Source: the human T2T-CHM13v2.0 reference genome, Homo sapiens. From it: a stretch of DNA of 64,000 nucleotides. The stretch lies in the NCBI RefSeq assembly GCF_009914755.1, contig NC_060947.1. The stretch is one strand, 5' to 3'. Position 1 is the stretch's first letter. Each line of letters starts with the position of its first letter. A model generated the notes under the pieces. It was not told the DNA's origin and searched no databases. It worked only from the letters and a program-made list of their open reading frames with translations. Positions 1 through 15,670 of this stretch are shown here, piece after piece. The translations under genes were made by a program, and so were the position numbers.

Positions 1-122
1 ATTGGAAGCTTCCTGAGGCCTCCCCGGAAGCAGAAGCCACTATATTTCCTGCACAGCCTGCAAAACCGTGAGTCAATGAAAACTCTTTTCTTTATAAATT
101 ACCCAATCTCAGAACTAATACA
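1..122 (+). mobile_element. 3' end of an ERVL-MaLR LTR (MST-type)
   Basis: cttcctgaggcctcccc..gaagcagaagcc...ctttataaattaccca..ctcag...aactaataca terminus. Confidence 0.8.
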
Positions 123-319
123 CTACTATTTTGCTTCAATAAAGCCAGGACAGAGCCCAGGGTTTTATGTCTTCTAAAATCAAAACTCTCCAAAAAATTT
201 TAAATCACTCTGATAATGTCAGTAATTTAGCTCAACAGATCTCACCCTGGATATTTCAACAACATTTATTACACAGAGTTGTGAAAAAAGCAGTGTTCCC
301 TGTTGTTGGTTGCTATGCC

Positions 320-650
320 AAAAAAAAAAAAAGAAGAAAGAAGGAAGAAGAAGGAGAAGGAAGAAGGAGGAGGAGGAGGAAGCAGGAAGGAGGAAGGAGG
401 TGGAAGGAGGAGGAAGGAGGGAGGAGGAGGGAGGAGGAGGAGGAAGAAGAAGAAAGAAGAAGAAGAAGGAAGAAGGAAGAAGGAAGGAGGAAGGAGAAGG
501 AAGAAGGAGGAAGGAGGAGGAAGAAAAAAGAAGAAGGAAGAAGAAGGAAGGAGGAGGAAGGAGGAAGAAGGAGGAGGAAGAAGAAGGAAGGAGGAGGAAG
601 GAGGAGGAAGAAGAAAGAAGAAGGAGGAAGAAGGAAGGAGGAGGAAGAAG
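320..650. repeat. Complex polypurine (GAA/GGA)n low-complexity tract after an A13 run
   Basis: About 330 nt almost entirely A/G on the + strand. Confidence 0.97.
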
Positions 651-914
651 ACAGTCCCAAACAAGAACTGTGCGACTCAGGATGTCAACATGACTACCAC
701 TGAAAAACACTGTAAATACATGATGTGAAAAGAAAAAAATATTTAGAAACACTGGTTTCAGAACCACAGGCTCAAAAATCATGATAGGAACATATAATAC
801 CTTCTAATTACAAAACGGAAACAATTATCACAAGCTCCTTATTTAGAATAAAACTTAAGTAGATATAATATATGCACACAGGTAACAAGTGTGTGTGTGC
901 ATATATTTTTTGCT

Positions 915-1115
915 GTCTTATCCTAATCTCTATCCGTTACATAGTATATTCAGTAACTACGCAAGATAGGTACAAGTATTACCATTTGACAGATGAAAAA
1001 ACTGAGGGACAGAGAAGTAAAGTAACCTGCACAAGGTCATACGACTATTGAGTATCATGACACTGAGATTTACCCAGAGGGTTGATCCCCCGAGTCCATG
1101 CTCTTAAACATTACA
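915..1115 (-). mobile_element. MIR SINE
   Basis: ccatttgacagatgaaaaaactgagg..cagagaagtaaagtaacctgcacaaggtca MIR core in reverse orientation. Confidence 0.75.
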
Positions 1116-1217
1116 AAATACTAGTTTAGTAAAATAAATGCTTGTGATAAACAGTTTTATGGTTCCATGAAAAAAAAATAGAAACTCGTGATTTTAAAAT
1201 CATAAAAACATTACGCA

Positions 1218-1530
1218 GTTGGGCACGGTGGCTCACTCCTATAATCCTAACACTTTGGTAGGCTGAGGGGGATGGATCGCCTGAGGTCAAGAGTTCAAGA
1301 CCAGCCTGGCCAACATGGTGAAACCCTGTCTCTACAAAATATACAAAAATTAGCCAGGCTGGTGGCGGGCGCCTGTAATCCCAGCTACTCTGGAGGCCGA
1401 GACAGGAGAATGGATTGAACCTGGCAGCGGAGGTTGCAATGAGCCGAGATCGTGCCACTTCATTCCAGCCTGGGTGAAAGAGCAAAGCTCCATCTCAAAA
1501 AAAAAAAAAAAAAAACACAAACAAACAAAA
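1218..1530 (+). mobile_element. Alu (AluS-like)
   Basis: Two-arm Alu consensus with A tail. Confidence 0.95.
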
Positions 1531-1737
1531 AAAACTTTAAAAAAAAATTAAAAAACAAAAATTACAATGGTGAAGAAATAAAATTTTAGGCACTTTTTTC
1601 TTATTTACAATTAAAACTAGTTAACAAATGAATTTGTTAATGTTCAATATAGAAATTTTCAAACATACACAAAAGTAGATGGAAGAGAATAATAAATCCT
1701 ATTACCCATCACTCAGCTTCAAAAATTATCAACTTAA

Positions 1738-2043
<306 letters not shown>

Positions 2044-2326
2044 TTATCAACTTAAGGCCAGTTTTGTTTCACTGACAGCATTTTACCCATTGTCCAGTTC
2101 CCCAGATCCCACAAATCATTTTGAAGCGAACACAAGAAAATATGCAATGTCATCTATAAAATGTTTGTAAATGTCTCTTTAAAAGGACACTTCCTCTTTG
2201 TAAAACCATACGATCATTGTCACATCCAAAAAACTACAAATAAGTCACAGATTTGCAGTAAATTATCTGAATAGATATTGTACTTACATAAAATTGTGAT
2301 ATACAAACCAAGATTAACGCTGAGAA

Positions 2327-2530
2327 ACAGTGTGGTGAAGTAAAAATAGCATAGGCCATTCAGACCCAAATTCCATTTCATCAAGCTACCTAAACCCTCT
2401 TAGCTTCTGTGTCTGAATCTGCAAACTGGGAATGATTATCAATAGTTTCCACAAGGTTGTTCTGGAGACTGAATAAGGCAATGTATGCAAAGTATCTGGC
2501 ATAGGCTAAGTATTCACTAAATTATTACTG
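2327..2530 (+). mobile_element. MIR SINE (degraded)
   Basis: Similar to the MIR body ...tctgcaaactgggaatgattatc...ggttgttctggagactgaataaggcaatgtatg. Confidence 0.55.
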
Positions 2531-2626
2531 TGTCCTAGCCTGGATATGTAGTAGCTTCATATCACTGGGGTAAAGCCATTATATAAAAATGGAAAATTCC
2601 CTAAATGTCTTGTCCTGTTTACAAGG

Positions 2627-3168
2627 TGTGGTACACAGAATCCTAAAATGGCCCCAGAATTACCGTCATCTGATATAAACACCCTGCATAATCCCCTCAC
2701 CTTCTGAGTATGGTTGAGACCTGTAAATATGATTGGGCTATCATTCGCATAATTGGCCCACTAATAAGCTGACTCTGATTTAATCAAAAGGGAGATATTC
2801 TAGGTGAGCCTGACCTAATTAAAGTGAGCCCTTTAAATGACTGAAATGCTTTTCTATTGATCTCAAAGATGAAACAATCTGCCATGTTGTGGAGAGAGAA
2901 CTCTAGTAGCTAAGGACCTAAGTGTAATAACTGAAAGGAACTAAATTCTACCAACAAGTGAGTTGGAAAAGGATACAAAGTCTTAGATGAAAGCAAAACT
3001 CTAGTTAACATCTTAATTTCGGCTTGGTGGGAAACTAAGCAGAAAACCCAGTAGAGCCACGCTCACTAAGCTATTCCCAACTTCCTGACCCGTGAGACAA
3101 ATAAGTTTGTCTTAAGAGGTTAAGTGTGTGGTACATTTTAATGCCACAATAAAAAAAACTAATATACA
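2627..3168 (+). mobile_element. ERVL-MaLR LTR (MLT1-type)
   Basis: Starts tgtggtacacagaatcctaaaatggcccc and ends aactaatataca. Confidence 0.7.
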
Positions 3169-3379
3169 AGGCTTTAATTAAGATTTCTGAACCATATGTT
3201 CATCAGTGACTTGATGATACTTTTGTTATTAAGTGTTGTCTTCAGGATTGAGGATTAGTGTATCTTCATCCTAAATGTAGGAGGAGATAAGTTAAAAAGA
3301 AATCATCTGCCTATTAGTGACTAAGTAGATGTGTTTATGCACTCAAGCTATAATATAAGGAAACTTTATTTAACTAATA

Positions 3380-3905
3380 ATACTGGGTATATACCCAAAG
3401 GAAAATAAATAATTCTTCCAAAAAAGACACAAGTACTCATAAGTTCATTGCCATGCTATTCACAATAGCAAAGACATGTAATCAGCCTAGGTGACCATGA
3501 ATGGTGGATTAGGTAAACAAAATGTGGTACATATACACCACGGAATACTATGCAGCCATAAAGAAGAAAATCATGTCCTCTACAGCAACTTGGAGGCAGC
3601 TGGAGGCTATAAATCTAAGCAAATTCACATAGGAACAGAAAACCAAATACCACATGTTCTCCCAAGTGGGAACTAAACACTGAGCACACATGGACATCAA
3701 CATGGGAACAATAGACACTATGAACTACTGGAGGGGGAGGGAAGGAAGAGGGCATAGGCTGAACAACTATTGGGTACTATGTTCACTACCACGGTGATGG
3801 GATCCACATCCCAAACCTGAGCATCACACAATATACCTAGTAACAAACCTGTACATGTACCCCCCCACCCCGTATCTAAACTAAAAGCTGAAATTTTAAA
3901 AAATG
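3380..3905 (+). mobile_element. L1 3' end (L1PB/L1MA-type)
   Basis: ctgggtatatacccaaagg...aaatgtggtacatatacacc..ggaatactatgcagccataaa...aacaaacctgtacatgtaccc. Confidence 0.85.
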
Positions 3906-4769
3906 ATAAATACACAGCAATGAAATAGGAGAAAAACTTAGGACAAATAATCACTTAAGGTGTAGTAAAAATAAATACAGACATGAAATATCTCCCATAT
4001 CTGAATTGAAGGGAAAATAAAGGAAAAAAAATCATATGACCAAAATATTAAAAGGTTGAGCCAAACTTCTGCTTCCAGTCATGATGGTTTATTAGGAACC
4101 AGGTTTACCTTCCTGCTGTAATCAAGTAGAAAAGTAGGCAAAATATATGAAAAAAATTTTTTTCAGTCATTAAATAAAGACACCACGGGACCCTGATCCC
4201 TCAGAGTAGGAAAACCAACAAGACCCCTATATTCCCCTTGAATTGGTGCCTGAAGGATCAGGGAAAAGGGATTCCCAAGGAGAGCACTGGAGATATATCA
4301 AGTTGAAGAAACAAAGGTCAGGCTGAGATGACTGAAGTTGTGGGGCAGAACTACAAAGAAAAAAGAGCTACACAAAAAGAACTCAAAATCAAGACAGGAT
4401 TCACTTTGAGTCATAGCTGAACATTAAAATGCACACATGAGGAGTGAAACTTTGTGAGGCCAGGCAGAGCATGACCAAGAAGCTGTGAGCTAAACAGCTC
4501 CCAGTGATCACATGGTGCTGGGAGGCATTCGATTTCAGAGGAGGCACAGTAGCCTCTTCGTTTATAACCCAGGGCATTCAGTAGAGACCACGAAGAGACC
4601 AAATCTTAGCAGTGGGTCAAAGCAATTCATAAATTAAAGAGTATTGAAGAAACGCATTAACCAGGCTTTTTTAAAAGCTTCAAAATTAAACTGAACTTTT
4701 TAATAAAACATTACTAGGTTTGTCAAGAAGAAAAAAAATATGAAGAATAACCAGGGGAAAAAAGAGTCA

Positions 4770-5158
<389 letters not shown>

Positions 5159-5476
5159 TGCCCAAACACTGAAAACATGAACACAATGAAAACAAAAATA
5201 GAAGATATTTCAAAAAACTAAATGGAATTCCTAGTGATGAAAATTATAGTACACTGTAATTCACTAAGTGGATTAATATCATAATAGTGCAGAAGAAAAG
5301 ATCAACAAAATTGAAGACAAAGCAAGAAAAACTATCCAAAATGAAACAGAGGGGGGAAAATAAGAAACCTATGGAACAATATTAAAGAGCATAATATATA
5401 AGTCCCAAAGAAAAATAGAACAGAAAAAAATTATTTCAAAAAATAATGATGTGAACTTTCCAAAAATTTGATGGAA

Positions 5477-5765
5477 GCTGGATATGGTAGCTCACACCTG
5501 TAATCCAAGATCTTTGGGAGGCCAAGGTGTGAGGATCACTTGAGGTCACAAGTTTGAGGCCAGCTTGGGCAACATAGCAAGACCTTGTTTCTACGAAAAG
5601 TTTAAAAATTAGCAATAGGGCATGCCTCTAGTCCTAGCCACTCCGGAAGCTGAGGCAAGAGTATCTCTTGAGCCCAGGAGTTTGAGGTTACAGTGACCAA
5701 TTATCGTACCACTGCACTCTAGCATGGGCAACAGAGTAAGACCCTGTCTCTAAAACAAACCAACA
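5477..5765 (+). mobile_element. Alu (AluJ-like)
   Basis: Diverged two-arm Alu. Confidence 0.9.
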
Positions 5766-6074
5766 AAAATTTGATGAAACTATAAACTCACAGATCCAAC
5801 AAGTTCAAGGAACCCAGAGCAGGATAAACAAAGAAAATAAAAATCTTCAATTTCCGAAAGCCAGACATTAACAGAAAATCTTAAAATACTGAAAAATCTT
5901 TTAAGACTATCTTTCCAAGAAATAAAAGGCACATGCAGAGGAGCAAAGATGAAGGAAAAAGGAGAAAGATAACAAACAAAATGTCACAAAGAAGTAACAT
6001 CTTTAAAGAGATTTTTTTAAAGTATCAATTTAGAATTCTATACCCAGGGAAAACAACTTTCAAAAATGAAGAGA

Positions 6075-6230
6075 TTAGCTTGCTCCTGTACTTCTAGCTA
6101 CTCAGAAGGCTGAAGTGGGAGAATTGCTTGAGCCCAGGAATTCCAGGCTACAGTGATCATGCTACTGCATCATTCCAAGCTGGGTGACAGAGTAAGACTG
6201 TCTCCAAAAAAAAAACAAAAAAAAAAAAGA
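6075..6230 (+). mobile_element. Alu right-arm fragment
   Basis: gctactcagaaggctgaagtgggagaattgcttgagcccagg...gactgtctccaaaa. Confidence 0.8.
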
Positions 6231-6404
6231 AGGGAAAATGTAGATATCAACAAAACAATAGATTAGGAAGCTCCAAACTCCAGTTCCCACACAGAACTAT
6301 TTTGTAAACAAGTAGAAACTTTCTGAACCAACTTTGTCAGAGCTCTGGAACACAGTCAAAGGTTTACAGCAACCAAGCAAATACCCAATCAAGAAAACAA
6401 CATC

Positions 6405-6541
6405 TTAGCCAGGCATGGTGGTGACCGCCTGTAGTACAAACAACTAGGCCTAGACAGGAGGATCGCTTGAACCCAAGAATTTGAGGCTAACCCAGGCAAC
6501 ATAGCAAGACCCTGTCTCTAAAATAACGAAAAAGAAAAAAA
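6405..6541 (+). mobile_element. Alu monomer (FLAM-like)
   Basis: agccaggcatggtggtgaccgcctgtagt...agaccctgtctctaaaa. Confidence 0.75.
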
Positions 6542-6944
6542 GTCACCTTCAATACAATAGGAACGTTTTACAGCATTTTTACTTGTCCTTGCCCCACCAC
6601 CTACCAGAAGGTGAAGGTTTTAGTCTCAAAGCAGCAGCACCCTGTTTCCCAGTATCCTCCCACAAACCAGAGGGAGCAAAGCAGATGTTATTTACAAATT
6701 ATTGTGTAAATTTTATCTAACCTGTCTGAAGGATACTTGAAGGACTGACATAAGGCTCTCATCATTTCTTCACCTAACTCAGAGCTCTGGTGAGAAGGAC
6801 AACAAGAACAGCTTTAAAACACACACACACACACACACACAAAACAACTGCAACGTGACTACAGGCCTGGGGCAAGGCATTACAGGGGAACACACCCAAA
6901 ACACCACCTAAGGCCCAAATAGCTAGAGATAGGACACTTTTGGA

Positions 6945-7271
6945 ATTTTTTTTTTCAAGATACAGGGTCTTGCTTTGTCACCAAGGCTGGAGTGCTGTGG
7001 TGTAATTATAGCTCACTGCAGCACTGAACTCCTGGGTTGAATTGATCCAGCCACCTCAACCGATCTAGCCACCTCAACCGATCTAGCCACCTCAACCGCC
7101 CAAGTAGCTGGGACTATAGGTGTGCACCACCACGCCCAACTAGTCTTTATTTTTGTAGAAACAGGGTCTCACAATGTTGCCCAGGCTGGCCTCACACAAC
7201 TGGGCTCAAGCTATCCTCCTACCTCAGCCTCCAGAGTTGCTGGGACTACAGGTATGAGCCACCACACGCAG
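6945..7271 (-). mobile_element. Alu (AluJ-like) containing an internal 18-bp triplication
   Basis: Reverse Alu; gatc(c/t)agccacctcaacc x3 at 7044-7097. Confidence 0.9.
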
Positions 7272-7438
7272 CTACTTTTAAATTTGGGACACTCAAAAGC
7301 AACCAGGTATATAGGATAATTCAGAAAGCCATATGTGTGTCCAGGTAAAATACATGCTCAGAAAAGATCTTTATTAAAATCTTAAGTTTTCCCCTCAGGC
7401 TTATCTTTAGGTTTAGTGGAAGCCTAGTTATGGATTAA

Positions 7439-7796
<358 letters not shown>

Positions 7797-8043
7797 AGAC
7801 GTTCAAAAAAATCTTTCAAAACATTAGTTGAACATGAATGAAAGGGACAGAGACTTTACTGATGACACACAACAAGAACACTCTTTGAAAAAATAATGTG
7901 GGGGAGTCTTAAAACAATAGGTCTACTACAATTTATATATATTTTAAAATCCCAGCAAACCCTTGAAAAGGGAGAGAACCTCATATGCAGAGTTGCCAAG
8001 TTACAACAGTCAAATACACAATATGCAATTTTAAAAAATCACA

Positions 8044-8138
8044 CGAGTTGATGGGTGCAGCAAACCAACATGGCACATGTATACCTATGTAACAAACCTG
8101 CACATTGTGCACATGTACCCTAGAACTTAAAGTATTAA
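8044..8138 (+). mobile_element. Extremely 5'-truncated primate L1PA 3' end (about 95 bp) with 11-bp TSD
   Basis: gagttgatgggtgcagcaaaccaacatggcacatgtatacc...tagaacttaaagtat; TSD aaaaaatcaca at 8033-8043 and 8139-8149. Confidence 0.9.
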
Positions 8139-8696
8139 AAAAAATCACAAAGATACAGCCAAATAGGAAAATATGGCCCAATCAAAAGAGGATGAATAGC
8201 AGATTTGAGCAGGCAGAAGAATCAGTGAATATGAAGATATTAACTGAAATCCTCAAGTCCGAAGATCAAAAAGGGAAAAAAAAAAACTAAAGTGAAGAAA
8301 CAAAAAGGGATGGGAGGGAAACCATCATGAAGAACATCTTATGTATTACGAGAGTCACAGAAGGAGAAAAGAAAAAGAAAGAAGCAACAATTATTTGATG
8401 AAATAATTGTGGAAAACTTCCCAAATTGAAGGAGAGAGACTTAAATCTACAAATACAGGAATGAACTCAAACTGGGATAAACTCAAATACGTATAGATCA
8501 AAACACATTACACACAAACTGTCGAAGGCCAAAGACAAAGAGAATATTGAAAGCAGCAAGAGAGAAGCAAGTCAACACATACAAAAAAACTTCAATAAGA
8601 TCATCACCTAATTTCTCATCAAAAACTTTAGAGGCCAGAAGGCAGTGTGACAATATATTTCAAAGTGATGAATGAAAAAAAAAGTTAGCTGAGGAT

Positions 8697-9145
<449 letters not shown>

Positions 9146-10195
9146 TAGAAGTAACTCAAAGCCATATAAAGAAATAAAGATCTCCTAGAAGAGATACATA
9201 CAGGGGCAAATATAAAACCTAGTATCACAAAATTTTGTTTCATAACCTCACTTTTTACTTTCTTTAGGATTTAAAAGACAAAAGCATAAAATACAATTAT
9301 GAATATATGTTACCATTCACGACATGTATAAAAATGTAATTTGTGATATCAATAATTGTAACAGAGTCACCACATAATATACAGGGGAATGGAGCTGTGG
9401 AAGAGTAGAATTTTTGTATGCAACTGAAGTTAAGTTCACATCAATTCAAGTAAGACTCTCATAACTTTAGGATGTTATATGTAATCTCCATGATAACCAC
9501 AAAGAAAATATAGAATATACAAAAATGAAAGTGAGATGGGAATCAAAATATGTCACTGCAAAAAATTAACCAAACACAAAAGAAAGCAGTAATGGAGGAA
9601 ATAATGAACAAAATAATGAACAAAATGAAAAAGGAAAACACAAAATGGCAGAAGTAAATCCTTATTTATCACTACTTACCTCAAGTGTAAATGGATTAAA
9701 CTCCTGGATCAAAAAGACATAGATGGACATAATAATTTTTAAAAAATGATCCAAATACTGGTTATCTAAAAAAGGTTCGCTTTAGATCTAAAGACACAAA
9801 TAAACTGAAAGTGAAAGAATAGTAAAAGACATTCCATGCAAATAACAACCAAAAGAGAGCTGAGATGACTATATAGACATCAGACAAAATAGACTTTAAG
9901 TCAGAAACTGTTACAAGAGACAAATAGGATATTATGTATTGATAATAAAGCCAGGTTCTCAAAAAATGTAATTATAAACATAAATACAACAAACAACAGA
10001 GCACCAAGACATATGAAGAAAGCACTGAAAGAACTAAAAGGAGAAATATACATCAGTGTAGTAGGGGAAAACTAAAACAAAAAAAGAGAGAAACAGTTGG
10101 AGACATAAATAGCCCAATATCAATAAAAGCGTAAAACAAGTAGACAAAGATAATTAAGGAAATATAGGACTCGAATAACACTATAAACCAATTGG

Positions 10196-10497
10196 AGCTG
10201 GCCACAGTGTTTCATGCCTTAATTCCACCACTTTAGGAAGCCAAGGCAGGAGGATCACTTGAGGCCAGGAGTTGGAGACCAACCTGGGCAACACTGTAAG
10301 ACCCTGCCTCTGTAAAACAGTTTAAAAAAATTAGCTGGGGTGGTGGCATGCACCTATGGTCCCAGCTACTCAAGGGGCGGAGGCAGGAGGATCACTTGAG
10401 CCCAGGAGTTCGAGGCTACAGTGAGCTATGATCACGTCACTGCACTCCAGCCTGAGCAACAGAGCAAGACACTGTGTCTTTAAAAAAAAAAAAAAAA
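10196..10497 (+). mobile_element. Alu (AluJ-like)
   Basis: Diverged Alu with A tail. Confidence 0.9.
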
Positions 10498-12442
10498 TAG
10501 ACCTAACAGACATATAAAGAACACTCCACTCAACAATGGTAGACTATACATTTTCTCTCAAGTGCACATTCTCAAGGACAGACCATATAATCAGGCACAA
10601 AAAAGCCTTAATAAATATAAAGAGACTGAAGTATCTTTTCCAGTCACAAGGGAATGCAACAAAAAATCCATAACAGAAGACAACTGGAAAGAACACAAAT
10701 ATGTGGAAATTAAATAAGTAACTAAAGGATCAAGTAAAAGATCACAAGGAAAATTAGAAAACACTTTGAGACAAATGAAAGTTAAAACACAAAATACAAA
10801 ACATATGGGACGTAGAGAAAACAGTACTAAGAAGAGGATTTACAGCGATAAAGGCATACAGTAGAAAAGAAGAAAGATCACAATCAAGAACCTAACTTTA
10901 CACCTTAAGGAACCAGAAAAGGAAGCACAAACTAAACCCTAGCTAGAGAATAAAAGGAAATAATACAGATTAGAGCAGGGACGAATAAAATGGTTGATGG
11001 ATGCATAGATAAGACAGATATGTAATAAAGCAAATACAGCAACATGTTAAGAAATGAAGAAGCTACATGGTAGGTACATTCGTGTTCATGTTTACAATTC
11101 TCTCCATATATTTACAAATTTCACGATAAAATTGTGGGGGAACAAAATTACTAGAAAAAAATAATGAGAAAATATACACCACATATTATTCAAAAACAAA
11201 TGTACACAAGATTTTTGCCTTTCATTTTAAGTAAATTTCCTTTTACATAAAAAGGAAAACACATAAATATTGAACTTTAGCTAATGATACACCTGCTAAA
11301 GCATTTGAGATAAATGAAATGATGTATGCAATTTACTATGAAATGCATAAAAAGATGTACTGATAGATAAAGATTAGTACATAAATAGGAATGTAATAAA
11401 GGAAACATGAAAATGAAAAATATGACAATGAAAAAAATCTAGGAAGTAAGTTTACAGGAAATCAATGAAATACTTTCAACCTGGCTGTATAAATGAAACT
11501 TTTCCTAAGATGTTGGAAAAGAAAGATGATGATGTCGTTACCATTATTATCAAATACAGCAGACTTCAGGTGAAAGAAAATTACCAGATAATACAGAGTC
11601 ACATTACATGTTGTTAAAGGGGGAATTAACCAGAAAGATGTAATCCTAAATGTATATGTACCTAACAAAACAACTTCCAGCAAACATGAAGCAAAATCTG
11701 AGAGACCTACAAGGAGAAAGAGATGAATTAACAATTATAGTTGGAGACATCAACACTCCTCTGATTGGAGAGAATACCATTAAAACTACAGAAGATGTGA
11801 ATATAATCAGCCATCAATATAATCTGATCAAAATTTATAGAATATGTCACCCAACAACAGCAGAATATAAACATTGAACATCCACCAAGACAGATCATAT
11901 TCTGGCTCACAGAAATTAGAAAAGATTCAGAGCAGAGTAAAAATGAACACAAAATACCAAAATCTGTAAGATGCAGTGTTTAAACAGTATGCACAGTGGC
12001 AAATTTTATACCTTTAAAAATGCATACGTTAAAGAAGATCCAAAATCCACCTTAAGTAGCTAGAAAAAGAACAGAAAATAAGTCCAAAGAAGGATAAACA
12101 CAGTAAAAAGAAGAATGAAAATCAATGAAATAGAAAAGGGTCAAACAATAGAAAAAAAATTAATGAAATCCAAAGCTGCGTTTTTTTTTTTTTTGAGATA
12201 GTAAAATTGTGAACTTTTTGCACAGATTAATCAAGGAAAAAATGATAAAACACAAATTCCTAACAGAAACAATAAATGACAGAACCTACAAAGTATAATG
12301 AAAGACTATAAACAAATTTACATAAATAATTTGACTACTTAAATGAAATGGAAAAATTCCTTAAGTTTGAAATTTACCAAAACAGACCTAAAGAAAAAGA
12401 AAAGATCTAAATAGTTCTACATGTATTAAAGAAATGGAATAT

Positions 12443-12782
<340 letters not shown>

Positions 12783-13104
12783 ATCAGCAAATGCAATACA
12801 ATATATAAAAGGAGTAATATAACGTGACTAAGCAAGGTTTATTCAAGGAATACAAGACATTTTCTAGGTCACTCCAACAGATGCAATGAAAAGCATTTGA
12901 AGAAATTCACCATTTATAATTTTAAAAAAATAAATGACAGATTGGAATGGAATTAGCAAAATAGTTTTTCTTTACAGACAACACAAACGTATACATGAAA
13001 GTCACAAAGAATTTATCAAAAAAGCTACTATAACGAGTAAGTAAATTTAGAGCTTAGGACACAAGGTCATTATGCCAACATTACGTGAAACTACATTTAC
13101 TATA

Positions 13105-13444
13105 TGATATGGCTTGGCTGTGTCCCCACCCAAATCTCATCTTGAATTCCCACATGTTGTGGGACGGACCCAGTGGGAGGTAATTGAATCACGGGGGCAG
13201 GTCTTTCCTGTGCTGTTCTTGTGATAGTGAATAAGTCTCACAAGATCTATAGTTTTAAAAAGAGGAGTTTCCCTGCACAAGTTCTTCTCGTCTGCCACAA
13301 TGTGAAATGTGCCTTTTACCTTCCACCATGATTGTGAGGCCTCCCCAAGCCACATGGAACTATAAGTCCAATAAAACTCTTTCTTTTATAAATTGCCCAG
13401 TCTTGGGTATGTCTTTATTAGCAGCGTGAAAATGGACTAATACA
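13105..13444 (+). mobile_element. THE1 solo LTR (ERVL-MaLR)
   Basis: tgatatggcttggctgtgtccccacccaaatctcatcttgaattccc...gcagcgtgaaaatggactaataca; inserted in an L1 ORF2 remnant. Confidence 0.92.
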
Positions 13445-14144
13445 ATGTAACATCAAAAATCAGGAATTACTTGGGGATAAATTTTTTAAAATATGTACTA
13501 GACCTGTACAGAGAAAACTACAAAACATTCCTAAGAGAAATTAAAGAGAAGGTAAATAAATAGAGAAGTACACTATATTCATGTAACAGGAGACAAAACA
13601 CTGTTAAGATGTCTTCTGGCCACATTACAAGAAAGATTCAACAAAATTCCAACAGAAATTCCACAGGGATTTTTGTAAAAACCAACAACGTAATACTATG
13701 TGGAAATGCAAAGAACTGAGAATATCCAAAAAGATTCTGAAAAAGTGGAACAAAGTTAGAGGAGCTGTACCACAAAAAAAGGGACAAGCAGTTTTAAAGT
13801 ACCTCTTAATGAGATCCAAAAGGAAGTACATATTACTGCCCATGAGTATTTCTACCAAAAAGAGAACTGAATCTAAATCTGATCAGGACTCTAGATCTTA
13901 TTACCAATTTATACGAAATATAGAAGCCAGTGAAACTGTACCACAGGGATGCAAATAACAAAACTCAGAATATAGAAAATTTTACAAAAATAATCTGGTT
14001 TCTTAAGCAAATGAACTGTAAGAATGGGTAAAGAAAAAGAAAGAACCAAAGAGAAACTAGGTTAAAATTAGGTAAGAGATGTAACATCCAAATACAACAG
14101 AATATGCAGATGGCCCTTGTTAAGACCCTGATTCAAACCAACTA

Positions 14145-14458
<314 letters not shown>

Positions 14459-14623
14459 TAAAACTACTATGTGAGGCAATGAGAGAATTCAGTTTAATAA
14501 TGGCACTGCAGTAATGTTTAAAATACCATTATCTTTTAACAATACATTCCCAACTATTTATAAACAGAATATGATTTCTGAGATTTGCTCTGAAATAATC
14601 TGAAGGAAAAAGAATAGATGAAA

Positions 14624-14806
<183 letters not shown>

Positions 14807-15116
14807 TGAAACAAGACTCGTCCTGTGTTAGTAACTGCTGAAACTGAGTTAATAGATCCAGGGAGAATTATTATATTATTCTCTCCACCTGTGAATTTGA
14901 AAACTTTTGTAACATAAAGTCCATTTAAAAAACTGAAATCTTTTATGGATTTAAGAAGTAATTTTGAAACATTTCTCTACCCAAAATACAACATAACCAT
15001 TTTGGTGATCATTCAAGAATCTCAATGCTTTCCATGCACTTAATTAAATTAATAAAGCTTAATGACTATTTTAAGTTGCATGAAATAGTGACAGTAGGAA
15101 AAATCAATTGCAACTA

Positions 15117-15447
<331 letters not shown>

Positions 15448-15519
15448 CTACTCTTAAAATGCTGAAATATATTGAAGTCATATACCAAATAAAATAAATC
15501 ATTAATAGAAATAAATTAA

Positions 15520-15660
15520 GGCTGGGTGTGTTGACTCACGCCTGTAATCCCAGAAGTTTAGGAGGCCAAGGTAGGAGGATCACTTGAGCCCAAGAGTTCG
15601 AGGCCAGCCTGGGCAACAGAGCAAGACCCTGTAGCTACAAAAGAAAAAGAAGAAGAAAGA
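15520..15660 (+). mobile_element. Alu left monomer (FLAM-like) ending about 10 bp from the exon 15 donor
   Basis: ggctgggtgtgttgactcacgcctgtaatccc...agaccctgtagctacaaaag. Confidence 0.85.
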
Positions 15661-15670
15661 AATTAGTTAC

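Noticed and set aside
167-782. Six overlapping ORFs of 115-187 aa rich in E/G/R/K or S/F/L/P
   Set aside because: Artefact of the stop-free GAA/GGA low-complexity tract; open in all six frames with no gene context.
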